Shown one piece after another: positions 10,864 through 19,522 of a stretch of 56,281 nt of DNA (positions are counted from its first letter, which is position 1; the number at the start of each line of letters is the position of its first letter). Both the position numbers and the translations under genes were made by a program. Origin of the DNA: Chthoniobacteraceae bacterium (lineage in GTDB: Bacteria; Verrucomicrobiota; Verrucomicrobiia; Chthoniobacterales; Chthoniobacteraceae). Where the stretch lies: contig JBBCKI010000026.1 of the NCBI GenBank assembly GCA_037190965.1, positions 1 to 56,281 on the forward strand, read 5' to 3'. Below the pieces are notes generated by a model. That model had not been told where the DNA came from. It saw nothing but the letters and a program-made list of their open reading frames with translations, and made no database searches.

Positions 10864-10933
10864 CTCGTTCCCAATCTCCAGATTGGGAACGCCGCTGTCC
10901 GCGAAACTCCAGTTTCGAAACCGGTCTCGCGCA
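10864..10933 (+). repeat. Family A REP with conserved flank
   Basis: ctcgttcccaatctccagattgggaacgccgctgtccgcgaaactccagtttcgaaaccg is nearly identical to 9189-9247. Confidence 0.85.
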
Positions 10934-10959
10934 TCTAAGCCAACCGCTTGCGCGTTTCG

Positions 10960-12033
10960 CTAGAGTTCGACCACTTCGCCGCTGCGCATTGATTCGTCAG
11001 CCGCAAGAACAATCCGGAGGCTTCCGAGGGCGGAATTCCAATGGTCCGTGAGGTCGAGATCTTCAAGAATCGCCGCAGCGAGGAAGGCCTGTTCCCGCGC
11101 GCAGAGCCCGTCGTGATCGGGTTCGTCGGTCATCTCCACCACGCGATCTTTTTCGACGAAGCGCCCGTTACTATCGAGTGCCGCGCGGTGGACGAGGATC
11201 GAATCGGTTTTCGTGTGTGAATTGACATCCGAGGAGTCCTTCAGGGTGGACTGCGCGGCCGCAATACTGGCGCTGCCGAGCGGCCCCACCACATCTTTGA
11301 CGAAGAACGCCGTCTGGCTCATCATCGGGCCCCAGCCCGCCTCGTACCAGCCCACGGAGCCATCCTCGAAGGTCACTTGTAATTGCCCGTAGTTCACCAT
11401 TCCTGCTGGGAGCTCCTCCGTCAGGCGAGCCCCGATGGCATGAACGCGAACCGGGCGGGATTGGGTCATCCGGCACATCACCTCCACGTAGTGGACGCCG
11501 CAATCCACGATGGGCGACATTGAGCTCATGATGTTCTTGTGCGTCAGCCAGTCCGCGCCCGAGCTTTGCTGGTTGAGATTCATCCGCATCACCAGCGGTT
11601 TACCCAACTGGCGTGCTTCTTCGACAAAGCGAGTCCATGCGGGATGTTGTTGAAGGATATAGCCGACCACCAGCTTCCGGTTCTTCTCGCGGCACAATGC
11701 GATTAGGCGTTCGGCTTCGGCAAGCGTGTTTGCCATCGGCTTTTCGAGAAAAACGTGGCATCCCGCCCGTAGCGCCGCTTCGGCATATTGCGCGTGGGTG
11801 TCGGGGTAGGTGCTGATACAGACCGCGTCGGGCTTTGTCGCTTCCAGCGCCGAGCAATAGTCGGAGAACTCGGGATAGTTGGCCCCCAGGCGTTGGTTGA
11901 GCCGAGTGCGTGTGTCCGGAGTTCTGCTGACCAAGCCGACAATCTCGAAGGCTTCGGATTGATGGTAGGCGAGAGCGTGGGAAGCGCCCATGTGTCCACA
12001 GCCTGCAACCAAAACGCGAATGGGGTGATTCAT
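10960..12033 (-). CDS. Gfo/Idh/MocA family oxidoreductase
   Basis: GCGHMG Rossmann motif, HVFLEKP, DCGVHY, GWYEAGWGP. Confidence 0.9.
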   Translation of the reverse strand: MNHPIRVLVAGCGHMGASHALAYHQSEAFEIVGLVSRTPDTRTRLNQRLGANYPEFSDYCSALEATKPDAVCISTYPDTHAQYAEAALRAGCHVFLEKPMANTLAEAERLIALCREKNRKLVVGYILQQHPAWTRFVEEARQLGKPLVMRMNLNQQSSGADWLTHKNIMSSMSPIVDCGVHYVEVMCRMTQSRPVRVHAIGARLTEELPAGMVNYGQLQVTFEDGSVGWYEAGWGPMMSQTAFFVKDVVGPLGSASIAAAQSTLKDSSDVNSHTKTDSILVHRAALDSNGRFVEKDRVVEMTDEPDHDGLCAREQAFLAAAILEDLDLTDHWNSALGSLRIVLAADESMRSGEVVEL

Positions 12034-12066
12034 AGTCGTTACCGTATTCGGAAAAAATGAGGGCGG

Positions 12067-12975
12067 CTACACCAGAGTTTTAACCAAGGTCTCCCGATCT
12101 CCGGGAAGGAAGTCCATCGGCGGCACCTCGGGCATGGTGTAGGCTCCCGGGCGGAGACGCGTTGCCGCGCGGGCACATGAGACCATGATCTGCGCAGTGA
12201 GCGCGGGGTTGTTGATCTTCATGCGAAACTCGAAGAGCTGGTTGTGGGTCTTGCCGCTTGCCCCCTTGCGCTCCATCACAACGCCGTGCCCCATGTCCTT
12301 CAAGGCATCGATGCTGGGGACAGCCGTGACCACCGTTTGGTCGTTGACGAAATAATCGTCGCTCTTGATGGCGTGCTCCACCTCGGCGAAATTTGCGCCC
12401 GGCTCCAACTCGACATAGACCATGCGGCGGTGCACGCCCGTGCCGGTGGGGATCGTCATCGAGAGGGCATCGCGAACGCCTGCCTTCGATTTTGCGCAGA
12501 CGGAATGCCCCATGCTCATGCCGGGGCCAAAATTGGTGTAGGTCAATCCCTTGGGGGCCATCGCCAGCAGCAGGGTGCGGAGGACGGAGTCACTCCCCGG
12601 ATCCCAGCCTGAGGAGATGATGGCCACGCTCCGGTGTTCCCGCGCCACGGCTCCAAGGGTCTGGCGCAGATCCCAGAGCTTCTGCCCGTGGATGTCGAAG
12701 CTGTCGACGGTATGGATGCCGCGGGAGAGGTAGAGGGGGGCGGTCTCGGGAATGCTGCGGGTGGGGCCGCAGAGCAACGCGACATCGACCTTCCCGAGGT
12801 CGGCCACGTTTGAAGTCACCGTGACGTCGGCCAGTTCAGGCGGTTTGCATTCTCCGACGGACCCGGCTCGCCGCACGACTCCCGCAACCTCCATATCAGG
12901 AGCTTCCTCGACTGCTTCGACCGCAAACCGGCCGATGTTTCCGTAACCGACGATGGCGACTTTGATTTTTTGCAC
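12067..12975 (-). CDS. ddh: meso-diaminopimelate D-dehydrogenase
   Basis: VGYGNIG, TVDSFDIH, GWDPGSDS, TNFGPGMSMGHS, DMGHGV, NNPALT; GTG start. Confidence 0.95.
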   Translation of the reverse strand: MQKIKVAIVGYGNIGRFAVEAVEEAPDMEVAGVVRRAGSVGECKPPELADVTVTSNVADLGKVDVALLCGPTRSIPETAPLYLSRGIHTVDSFDIHGQKLWDLRQTLGAVAREHRSVAIISSGWDPGSDSVLRTLLLAMAPKGLTYTNFGPGMSMGHSVCAKSKAGVRDALSMTIPTGTGVHRRMVYVELEPGANFAEVEHAIKSDDYFVNDQTVVTAVPSIDALKDMGHGVVMERKGASGKTHNQLFEFRMKINNPALTAQIMVSCARAATRLRPGAYTMPEVPPMDFLPGDRETLVKTLV

Positions 12976-13136
12976 GGCCGAAAGGATTCAAAATCCGGGA
13001 AAAGTGACAAGGACAGAACGCATTTTTTCCGGGTTTAGCGTCCGCTTTCTCTGAGGCTCAGACTTTTCGTAAAAAAATTTGAAAAACATCTTGAGTTCCC
13101 GGGAATCCAGTGCAAATTAGCCGCTCTCTTTTCCAA

Positions 13137-13212
<76 letters not shown>

Positions 13213-13221
13213 CTTTTTCCC

Positions 13222-13992
13222 TTATTTTTCGCATCTCGCGATTTTTCTCAAGAGAGCCTTCAAAAACAGCGGATCTCTTGAGGGATGAACAGAAAGTAAA
13301 CGCGCCACCATTCCGGTGAGATATGCGGCCGCGAAGCTGCTTCCCGTCATGATACGATGAGTTCCATCTTTCCAGGGAACTTTGCGGTTGGATCCCGGCG
13401 CGGTGAACTCCACGACTCGTCCCTGGCAACGAGTAATTTCCGATTCAGCGGTCCTGCTTGCATCCACGCCGAGAACGCTCGGGAAATGGGCGGGCCATTC
13501 CGGTTGGCGGGGGTCGTGACTCCCGGAAGCCGCAATCACGTGGACACCGCAAAGCTCCGCTCGATCCACCCATGCCTTGTAAAGAGGCAAGTGTCCCAAA
13601 ATCGAGCAGCCGAAACTGCAGTTGAGCACATCGTAACCCAGTTCCATGGCGCGATTGGCGGCTAAAGAAACTTGAGCCGTCCGCGCTCCGAGATTGGGCC
13701 CGAGGATACGCAAGCTCCCTATCTCCGCTTCCGGTGCCAGGCTCCAGATGATCCCGGCTATGGCGGTTCCATGGCCGTACAGATCCCGCCCATTTCCGGG
13801 CTGGAAAGGATCCTGGTGGTCGACCTCCAATACAAAATCATCCCGCAGCTTGCGCCCGAGGAAATCGGGATGCCCAATCTCAACGCCCGAATCAAGCACG
13901 GCGATTTTGACTCCCCGGCCGCGCCCCTGATCCATCGCCTTTGCGCCCTCTTCAGGAGAAATCCAACGGCTCAATCCAGTCACCTCCCTCAA
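13222..13992 (-). CDS. Minimal S8 (subtilisin-like) serine peptidase
   Basis: Catalytic triad motifs AVLDSG, GHGTAIAG, TGSSFAA; no signal peptide or pro-domain; exact start uncertain. Confidence 0.88.
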   Translation of the reverse strand: MREVTGLSRWISPEEGAKAMDQGRGRGVKIAVLDSGVEIGHPDFLGRKLRDDFVLEVDHQDPFQPGNGRDLYGHGTAIAGIIWSLAPEAEIGSLRILGPNLGARTAQVSLAANRAMELGYDVLNCSFGCSILGHLPLYKAWVDRAELCGVHVIAASGSHDPRQPEWPAHFPSVLGVDASRTAESEITRCQGRVVEFTAPGSNRKVPWKDGTHRIMTGSSFAAAYLTGMVARLLSVHPSRDPLFLKALLRKIARCEK

Positions 13993-14539
13993 TGGTTAAA
14001 TCCAGGGATCCTTGCGATGGGGAATCGATGTGATGCTGCAGACGATGCAGCGCTTCTTCAATAATCGACAAGTCCCTTGAAGAAAACGACTCAGGATCCG
14101 GCAAAGAAAGAGAACTCTTGAGGCGCACGCAAGAAACAACCCCTTGGGTTGCCCCGTGAAAACGAAGCGGAACCGCGATCATTGCACAAGTCACCTTCTC
14201 CAGGTAGCCGTCAAGGGTACGGTCCTGATTTCTATTTTCGTAAACCGAATTTTCACACAGCCCTTGCTCCGACACGCAAACCAGACTGATGAGGCCGGAA
14301 TCCAGCGGCTGGCAATGACGTCCGACAAAACGGCTGCCAGTGGTACCTGAATTCCAGACCGGCACTAGCATTCTCTGGGCTTCATCCAGAAGCCAAAGTG
14401 TTCCTTCGTCCGCCCTTACCGCCGAGAACGAGGCAGCGAGAAAGTCGTGTGTGCCTTCGCGAAGGCAAACTTCAACGATGCTTTGGGAAATGCTTATCCC
14501 TCGCGCTTCCAGGAGCTCTAAAACTTGGTTCAGTTTCAA
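13952..14539 (-). CDS. Stand-alone GAF domain protein
   Basis: ADEGTLWLLDE...LV, QPLDSGLISLVC, CAMIAVPL..G...GVVSCV, FSSRDL..I pattern of GAF folds; TTG start. Confidence 0.75.
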   Translation of the reverse strand: MKLNQVLELLEARGISISQSIVEVCLREGTHDFLAASFSAVRADEGTLWLLDEAQRMLVPVWNSGTTGSRFVGRHCQPLDSGLISLVCVSEQGLCENSVYENRNQDRTLDGYLEKVTCAMIAVPLRFHGATQGVVSCVRLKSSLSLPDPESFSSRDLSIIEEALHRLQHHIDSPSQGSLDLTIEGGDWIEPLDFS

Positions 14540-14613
14540 TCTATTATCCCTGGAAGTAAGTTTGACTTATTCAATGCCGAGTAAATCTCAACGCGGGCCG
14601 ATATATCCTTCCA

Positions 14614-17193
14614 TCAAGATAAATCAATCGAAATTTCCATGATCCCTTGCCTCCCAAGACGTTCAACTTCATGGGAAATGTCGTCGAAAAAGGCATCGCC
14701 CTTGGTTTGACGTGCATTTCTTTCGAGCTCCAGCAAGGAGGCTTTCAAACGAATGGATGGTTGCTGTTTAAGCTGGCTTATCAGGATTTTTGAAGAGGCA
14801 AGCAGGCGGGCAGACAATTCAAATCGCCCAAAACAATCGGCAACTTTAGCAAAACAGACGTACAATCCCGGAAGGGCGGCAATCAGCTGCATCTCTCGAT
14901 GAATGACGAGGCTTTCACTATAATAGTGGCATGCCGTTTCCAGGTTACCCAAAACAAATTCCAGGTAACCACGATTTTGCAAAACAAAGGCATAAGTGGC
15001 CCGGTTCCCGGAATCTTTGAGGAGATCAACGCTCCGTTCCAAACAGGGGCGCGCTTTTGTCAAATCACCGGCCTCCAGGTAAGAGCAGCCCAACATGGTC
15101 AGCGCCGCGGCTAAATTGTGTGTTCGTCCGAGCCGCTCATAAATAGCGGCACACCGGAGATGATGTCTTTGAGCGACTTTGTAAGCACCTTGTCGAAATG
15201 CAATTTGGCCCAGATTATGAAGCGCACCGGCCGCATCAGCCTCTTCGCCCATTTTCTCGTAAAACAAAAGCGCCCTTTCGAAGACGACGCGGGCACGCCA
15301 CAGGCGTCCAAGCGTCAAGTCCAACAAACCAGCGGCATGAAGAGCACGGCCAACGACGTCCTCTTCACGAGGGTCCGAGCAGATGGGCACGCGATTAAAC
15401 CAGCGACGGTTTTCGTAAGCGCCGCCCCTTAGAAGCCATAGCGAATGAAGCGCCGTCGCCAAACGCAACCGTCGTATCGGCGTCGAAGCGTTTGCAAGAA
15501 CCTGCTGGAAGTTCAAATGCTCTTCCTCCAGTCGATCCAGGCGCAATTGATCGAGTGCCTCCTGGTTTTGCGCTTCCAGCTTATAAGCCAGGAGGGAAAA
15601 ATACCTCCAGTGCCGATCCAAAGCGTCGCCAATCGAGTCGCCGAGCTGGTCAGAGGCATACTGCCGGATGGACTCCAACATACGAAAACGCAGGCTTTCC
15701 AGCCCGTCTTCGACAATCAGGAGAGAACAGAAACGAAGAGTTTGGATGGCTGCCTGCGTTTCCTCTGCGCAACCGCCCCCCGCGACATGGATGGCCGCAT
15801 CCATGGTAAAACCGCCCCGGAAAACCGAAAGCGCAGCCAGAACTTCCCGCACCTTCTGGGGAAGCGCGTGGAAGCTCCAACTCACCGCGGCTTCGAGGCT
15901 GTGATGTCGTTCGGGATGTTCGCTCCGTTGATCCTGCAACAAAGCAAAACGACCCTTGATCTCCTGAAAGATTTGCTGAGGTGTAAGCACCGACATCCGC
16001 GCCGCGGCAAGTTCGATTGCCAAGGGAATCCCCTCAAGCAACGCACAAAGCTTATCAATGCCGGAACGGCTTGCGGCGGTAAGCTTAAAATCCGGGCGGA
16101 CAGCGCTGGCTCGTTGGACGAACAGTTCGCCGCTGGCGGACAGATGACGGGAAGAATCCCCGCCTCCATGAAACGCCAAAGGAGCGACAGGAAACTCCCG
16201 TTCTCCCGGCAACCCCAAGATCATTCGCGAGGTCACGAGACACTTGAGCCCCGGAATTTGGCCCAATAAATTTTGGACATGGGCAGCCGCTTCCGGCAGG
16301 AGTTGCTCCATATTATCCAGGACCAACAAGGCAGGGCTGGAACCAAATTCTTCGCGGAGTTGAGCCAAAGGGGTGAGGTGTGGCTCGAAGGGAATTCGCA
16401 AGGCACTGCGGATGGCATCCATCATGCGACTGGGCTCGTTGATCTCCGCCAACGAAACAAAAGTGACCGCATGGTCGAATAGCCCCAAGGCGTCTCGTGC
16501 CGCTTCGATCGAGAGCCGTGTTTTTCCGATGCCACCGGGCCCGGTGAGAGCAACCAGCCGGGCTTCGGTATTGTCCGGATCGAGCAATTTCCCGAGGGAC
16601 ATTCGTTCGGCATCGCGCCCGACGATCGGCGTTTGCATCGCCGGCAGATTGTGGGATCGCGCGTGTTCAGCCCGGAGTGGACGAAAAACAAGGCCCTCCC
16701 GCCAGAGGAGTTCACTGACCTCCTCGGCACGCTCAAAACCGCGCAAACGATAGACGCCCATTCTCCTCAAGGGCACCGAAGGCGCATTCCCCAAAGCTGA
16801 AACGGCTCCCTCGGAACAAACAATCTGCCCCCCTTGGGTCCCGGCGAGAAGACGCGCCGCAAGATTCATTGCGAGGCCACGATACTGGCCATCCCTGAAC
16901 TCTGCTTCGCCGGTGTGGAGAGCCATGCGCACCTTGAGCGCTCCGCTCTCCGGAGGCCACTCCTCAATGCTCAGGCTCCGTTGAGCTTCAATCGCGAACG
17001 CCGCAGCGTCATCAGTTTTCAAGAAGGCCAGAAGCAAACCGTCTCCGTTTTCCTGAAATTCACGACCGCCATGATCTGCCAGATGGCGACGCAAGATCTC
17101 GAAATGTCGCGCGATCGCACGGCTATACCCGGCTGGAGCCCGGGCCGCCAACTGGGTTGATCCCTCGACATCCGTAAACAGAAGCGCAATCAC
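14614..17193 (-). CDS. Class III nucleotide cyclase - STAND (NB-ARC/AP-ATPase-like) - TPR protein
   Basis: LLFTDVEGST, NGDG, RMALHTG, NLAAR (cyclase); GPGGIGKT, LLVLDNMEQ, LVTSR, GIPLAIELAA (STAND); C-terminal TPR-like repeats. Start reassigned to GTG 17193, overlapping the upstream TGA. Confidence 0.88.
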   Translation of the reverse strand: MIALLFTDVEGSTQLAARAPAGYSRAIARHFEILRRHLADHGGREFQENGDGLLLAFLKTDDAAAFAIEAQRSLSIEEWPPESGALKVRMALHTGEAEFRDGQYRGLAMNLAARLLAGTQGGQIVCSEGAVSALGNAPSVPLRRMGVYRLRGFERAEEVSELLWREGLVFRPLRAEHARSHNLPAMQTPIVGRDAERMSLGKLLDPDNTEARLVALTGPGGIGKTRLSIEAARDALGLFDHAVTFVSLAEINEPSRMMDAIRSALRIPFEPHLTPLAQLREEFGSSPALLVLDNMEQLLPEAAAHVQNLLGQIPGLKCLVTSRMILGLPGEREFPVAPLAFHGGGDSSRHLSASGELFVQRASAVRPDFKLTAASRSGIDKLCALLEGIPLAIELAAARMSVLTPQQIFQEIKGRFALLQDQRSEHPERHHSLEAAVSWSFHALPQKVREVLAALSVFRGGFTMDAAIHVAGGGCAEETQAAIQTLRFCSLLIVEDGLESLRFRMLESIRQYASDQLGDSIGDALDRHWRYFSLLAYKLEAQNQEALDQLRLDRLEEEHLNFQQVLANASTPIRRLRLATALHSLWLLRGGAYENRRWFNRVPICSDPREEDVVGRALHAAGLLDLTLGRLWRARVVFERALLFYEKMGEEADAAGALHNLGQIAFRQGAYKVAQRHHLRCAAIYERLGRTHNLAAALTMLGCSYLEAGDLTKARPCLERSVDLLKDSGNRATYAFVLQNRGYLEFVLGNLETACHYYSESLVIHREMQLIAALPGLYVCFAKVADCFGRFELSARLLASSKILISQLKQQPSIRLKASLLELERNARQTKGDAFFDDISHEVERLGRQGIMEISIDLS

Positions 17194-18110
17194 AGCTTCA
17201 TCGCAGCCTTGGTCAAAAAAATCTGACGACGATGTTTCAGCAAAAGCAAAGCGCCGACGCCGAAGATCATCAAGGAGGTTTCCGAAGGTTCCGGGATTGG
17301 GGCGACATCGAGATAGCTTGTCCCCAACCTCAACTCGTCGAATATCCACGGCGCATCCGCGCCATTGGTAAACACTCCAACACGCGAAAACTGCGGAGGC
17401 AGACTTAAGGATGCGATCGCCGCCTGATATTCAGCGGGTGGCATATTCACTCCCGGCGGGGGATCGATGTAGAGCGTTACTGATTTTCCTGGCTCAATAT
17501 GAGTCACGATAAAGTAGGTTTTACCAACGGTCATCGTCCCTTCGGCCACGACGAGCGTGTTCTGGACATTCGAACGAATCCCAAAATTTGAGGATCCCCG
17601 TGAAACCCCCATCGACAAGGAGTAGCCGGTTGTGAGAGGCATCAGGGCAACATATCCCTCAAAATCGGAAACGGAACTCCCCGAGGGAATCGAGTCGAGC
17701 CTGATCAAAAAGCTAAACCAGAGAGGGGCGTCGCTCGACACCGTCACGGGATTGATGCGCCGAACACTTTGATGCGAATCGTCGTCGCCTCCGGCAACGT
17801 GTCCCAGAACCGCATTGCCCGAGACGGCAAGGTTGGAAAAGCTCAACCCTCCGGCGTTAATTTGGTCAGGATAAAATGGAGACCTCCAGGTCCCATTCGT
17901 ACCCGCCACAAAGCCGGTTCCTCCAGCCAGTCCGTTGATGCTTTGATTGCTTACGTATTCGAACGACTCCTCAAACAAAAGGGCGGCAGTCGCCTCCGAG
18001 CGATGGAGACCGATCAGGACAACAGCTGCCAGGACGGAATAAAGGCCGCTCTGGAACCATGAGCCGAGGCAGGTTTTCTTTCGGGCCGGGACAGAAAAGG
18101 AAGAATTCAT
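17190..18110 (-). CDS. PEP-CTERM sorting domain protein (lectin-like beta-sandwich)
   Basis: Signal-like N-terminus, LLFEESFEY...GGTGF, FDELRLGTSY..V, IPEPSET-TM-KHRR; ATG 18110 follows a GAGGTGG SD-like sequence (alternative start 18149). Confidence 0.85.
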   Translation of the reverse strand: MNSSFSVPARKKTCLGSWFQSGLYSVLAAVVLIGLHRSEATAALLFEESFEYVSNQSINGLAGGTGFVAGTNGTWRSPFYPDQINAGGLSFSNLAVSGNAVLGHVAGGDDDSHQSVRRINPVTVSSDAPLWFSFLIRLDSIPSGSSVSDFEGYVALMPLTTGYSLSMGVSRGSSNFGIRSNVQNTLVVAEGTMTVGKTYFIVTHIEPGKSVTLYIDPPPGVNMPPAEYQAAIASLSLPPQFSRVGVFTNGADAPWIFDELRLGTSYLDVAPIPEPSETSLMIFGVGALLLLKHRRQIFLTKAAMKL

Positions 18111-18145
18111 TGATAAAACCACCTCACGAAAAATACCCATCGCTC

Positions 18146-18949
18146 TCACAGTACCTCGTTCATCAGATTGACCCGCCCGACATGAAAGTCGAAGAATAGG
18201 GCATTGCGATATAAGCGATGCGCCATTTTCTTCGGAAGCCGAGTGCGGTATGAAGATTTTTCACGTTCAAGAATCGGCTCCGACTGGTCGATATCCTTCA
18301 GAGCCCATGTCTTTGATCGGGCGTACTGGCCTTGATCGTCGACGATGTCATCAAGCATCGAGAGCTTCATGGGAGGCTCGTCCTGAGGCTTGCCATTTTT
18401 TAGAACGGCATCGCGCAGGATCCCTCCAGCCAAATTGTAACGGTAATCGGCGTAATAGGTGTTCGGATAGCCAAAGGGCGCCTGAGGGCCAACCCGATTG
18501 TTCATTGCTACCTCCGTATTGATCATGAAGACCGGGGTTTCCTCCGGTCGGGTGAGCACCGCCCGCCGGTTGGCGGGACAATTGAACACATCGCCCCCTT
18601 TCTTCGAACGGGTTGGAATCACAGCGAGATATTTCTGCAAATGAGTCGCCAACACCTTGGGGTCTCCTCCACCACTAACCTCCCAATAGGGAAGCTGACC
18701 GACGAGAAGAGGCCCCGGAAGGTGGTCATTGTGATCGCCCGCATAAACGAGAATACCGGCCCCAATCTGGCGAAGATTCGAAATGCATTGGAGATCATCC
18801 CGGATCTCCTGGGAGCGGCCCAGCACGGGTAAAGCCAGCGCCACCAGAACAGAGACAATCAGCGTCGCCACCAAAACTTCGACGATGGTAAAGGCCGATG
18901 TCGCTCTTTCATTCATGCATTTTGAATCCGCCTCACGTATCAAACCCAT
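18146..18949 (-). CDS. Prepilin-type N-terminal cleavage/methylation protein, H-X9-DG family (DF variant)
   Basis: AFTIVEVLVA...LALPV, CISNLRQIG, C-terminal HRLYRNALFFDFHV; start may be ATG 18916. Confidence 0.88.
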   Translation of the reverse strand: MGLIREADSKCMNERATSAFTIVEVLVATLIVSVLVALALPVLGRSQEIRDDLQCISNLRQIGAGILVYAGDHNDHLPGPLLVGQLPYWEVSGGGDPKVLATHLQKYLAVIPTRSKKGGDVFNCPANRRAVLTRPEETPVFMINTEVAMNNRVGPQAPFGYPNTYYADYRYNLAGGILRDAVLKNGKPQDEPPMKLSMLDDIVDDQGQYARSKTWALKDIDQSEPILEREKSSYRTRLPKKMAHRLYRNALFFDFHVGRVNLMNEVL

Positions 18950-19389
18950 CGAACCGTAGCAACGATCATTTGCATAACCATCTGCCGATCAGACCTTAAC
19001 AATCAGAAAACCATGGATTGAATGAGGAGGGTTGGAACCCGGATTTTATGCTTGCTGGGAGGTGTTACTTAATAATAAATCTTCGTAACCCGCTGTATTG
19101 AAGTGGGTTAGGGATTTAAAATCCTCCCTCGACTCGACGGGACGTTCTCTGTTCAGGGTTCCAATAAGGCCCGGATCCCACGGCAGAAAATTTTTGATCA
19201 TTTTTTGCAAGTTTTTCAGAACCGCGCGTATTCCCCGTTGAATGCAGGGAAGATTTTCCCCCCTCGTTCGAAAAAAGTGATTTTCATAGGGGCGCCACGG
19301 ATCAGATCGATGGAACGACTGTCAGGGATGAAGAACGGCGAGAACGGATTTAGGAACCTAGGGGAAGAATACTACCAAGGGTGGTAACG

Positions 19390-19422
19390 ATTGATGGGGG
19401 TGATACCTTCACCCCCATCAAT
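19390..19422. other. Perfect 14-bp inverted repeat in the intergenic region upstream of serB
   Basis: attgatgggggtga-tacct-tcacccccatcaat. Confidence 0.7.
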
Positions 19423-19522
19423 TTAGGCCCAAACCCGAAATCGGTGCGAACAATCTGGGCAGCCTCTGTGATTGCCCCTTTCGAAATTTCACAGAAGCCT
19501 CTAAAGTCGCTCTTTCTGTTCT

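Noticed and set aside
12976..13136. Possible lysine riboswitch upstream of ddh, or a sigma-70 promoter for the tRNA
   Set aside because: The region is too short for an L-box and lacks its motifs; the TTGAGT -35 has no convincing -10 at proper spacing.
17194..17349. N-terminal 52-aa extension of the cyclase-STAND ORF in the ORF track
   Set aside because: It overlaps the PEP-CTERM motif of the upstream gene in another frame; the GTG at 17193 overlapping the stop is more plausible.
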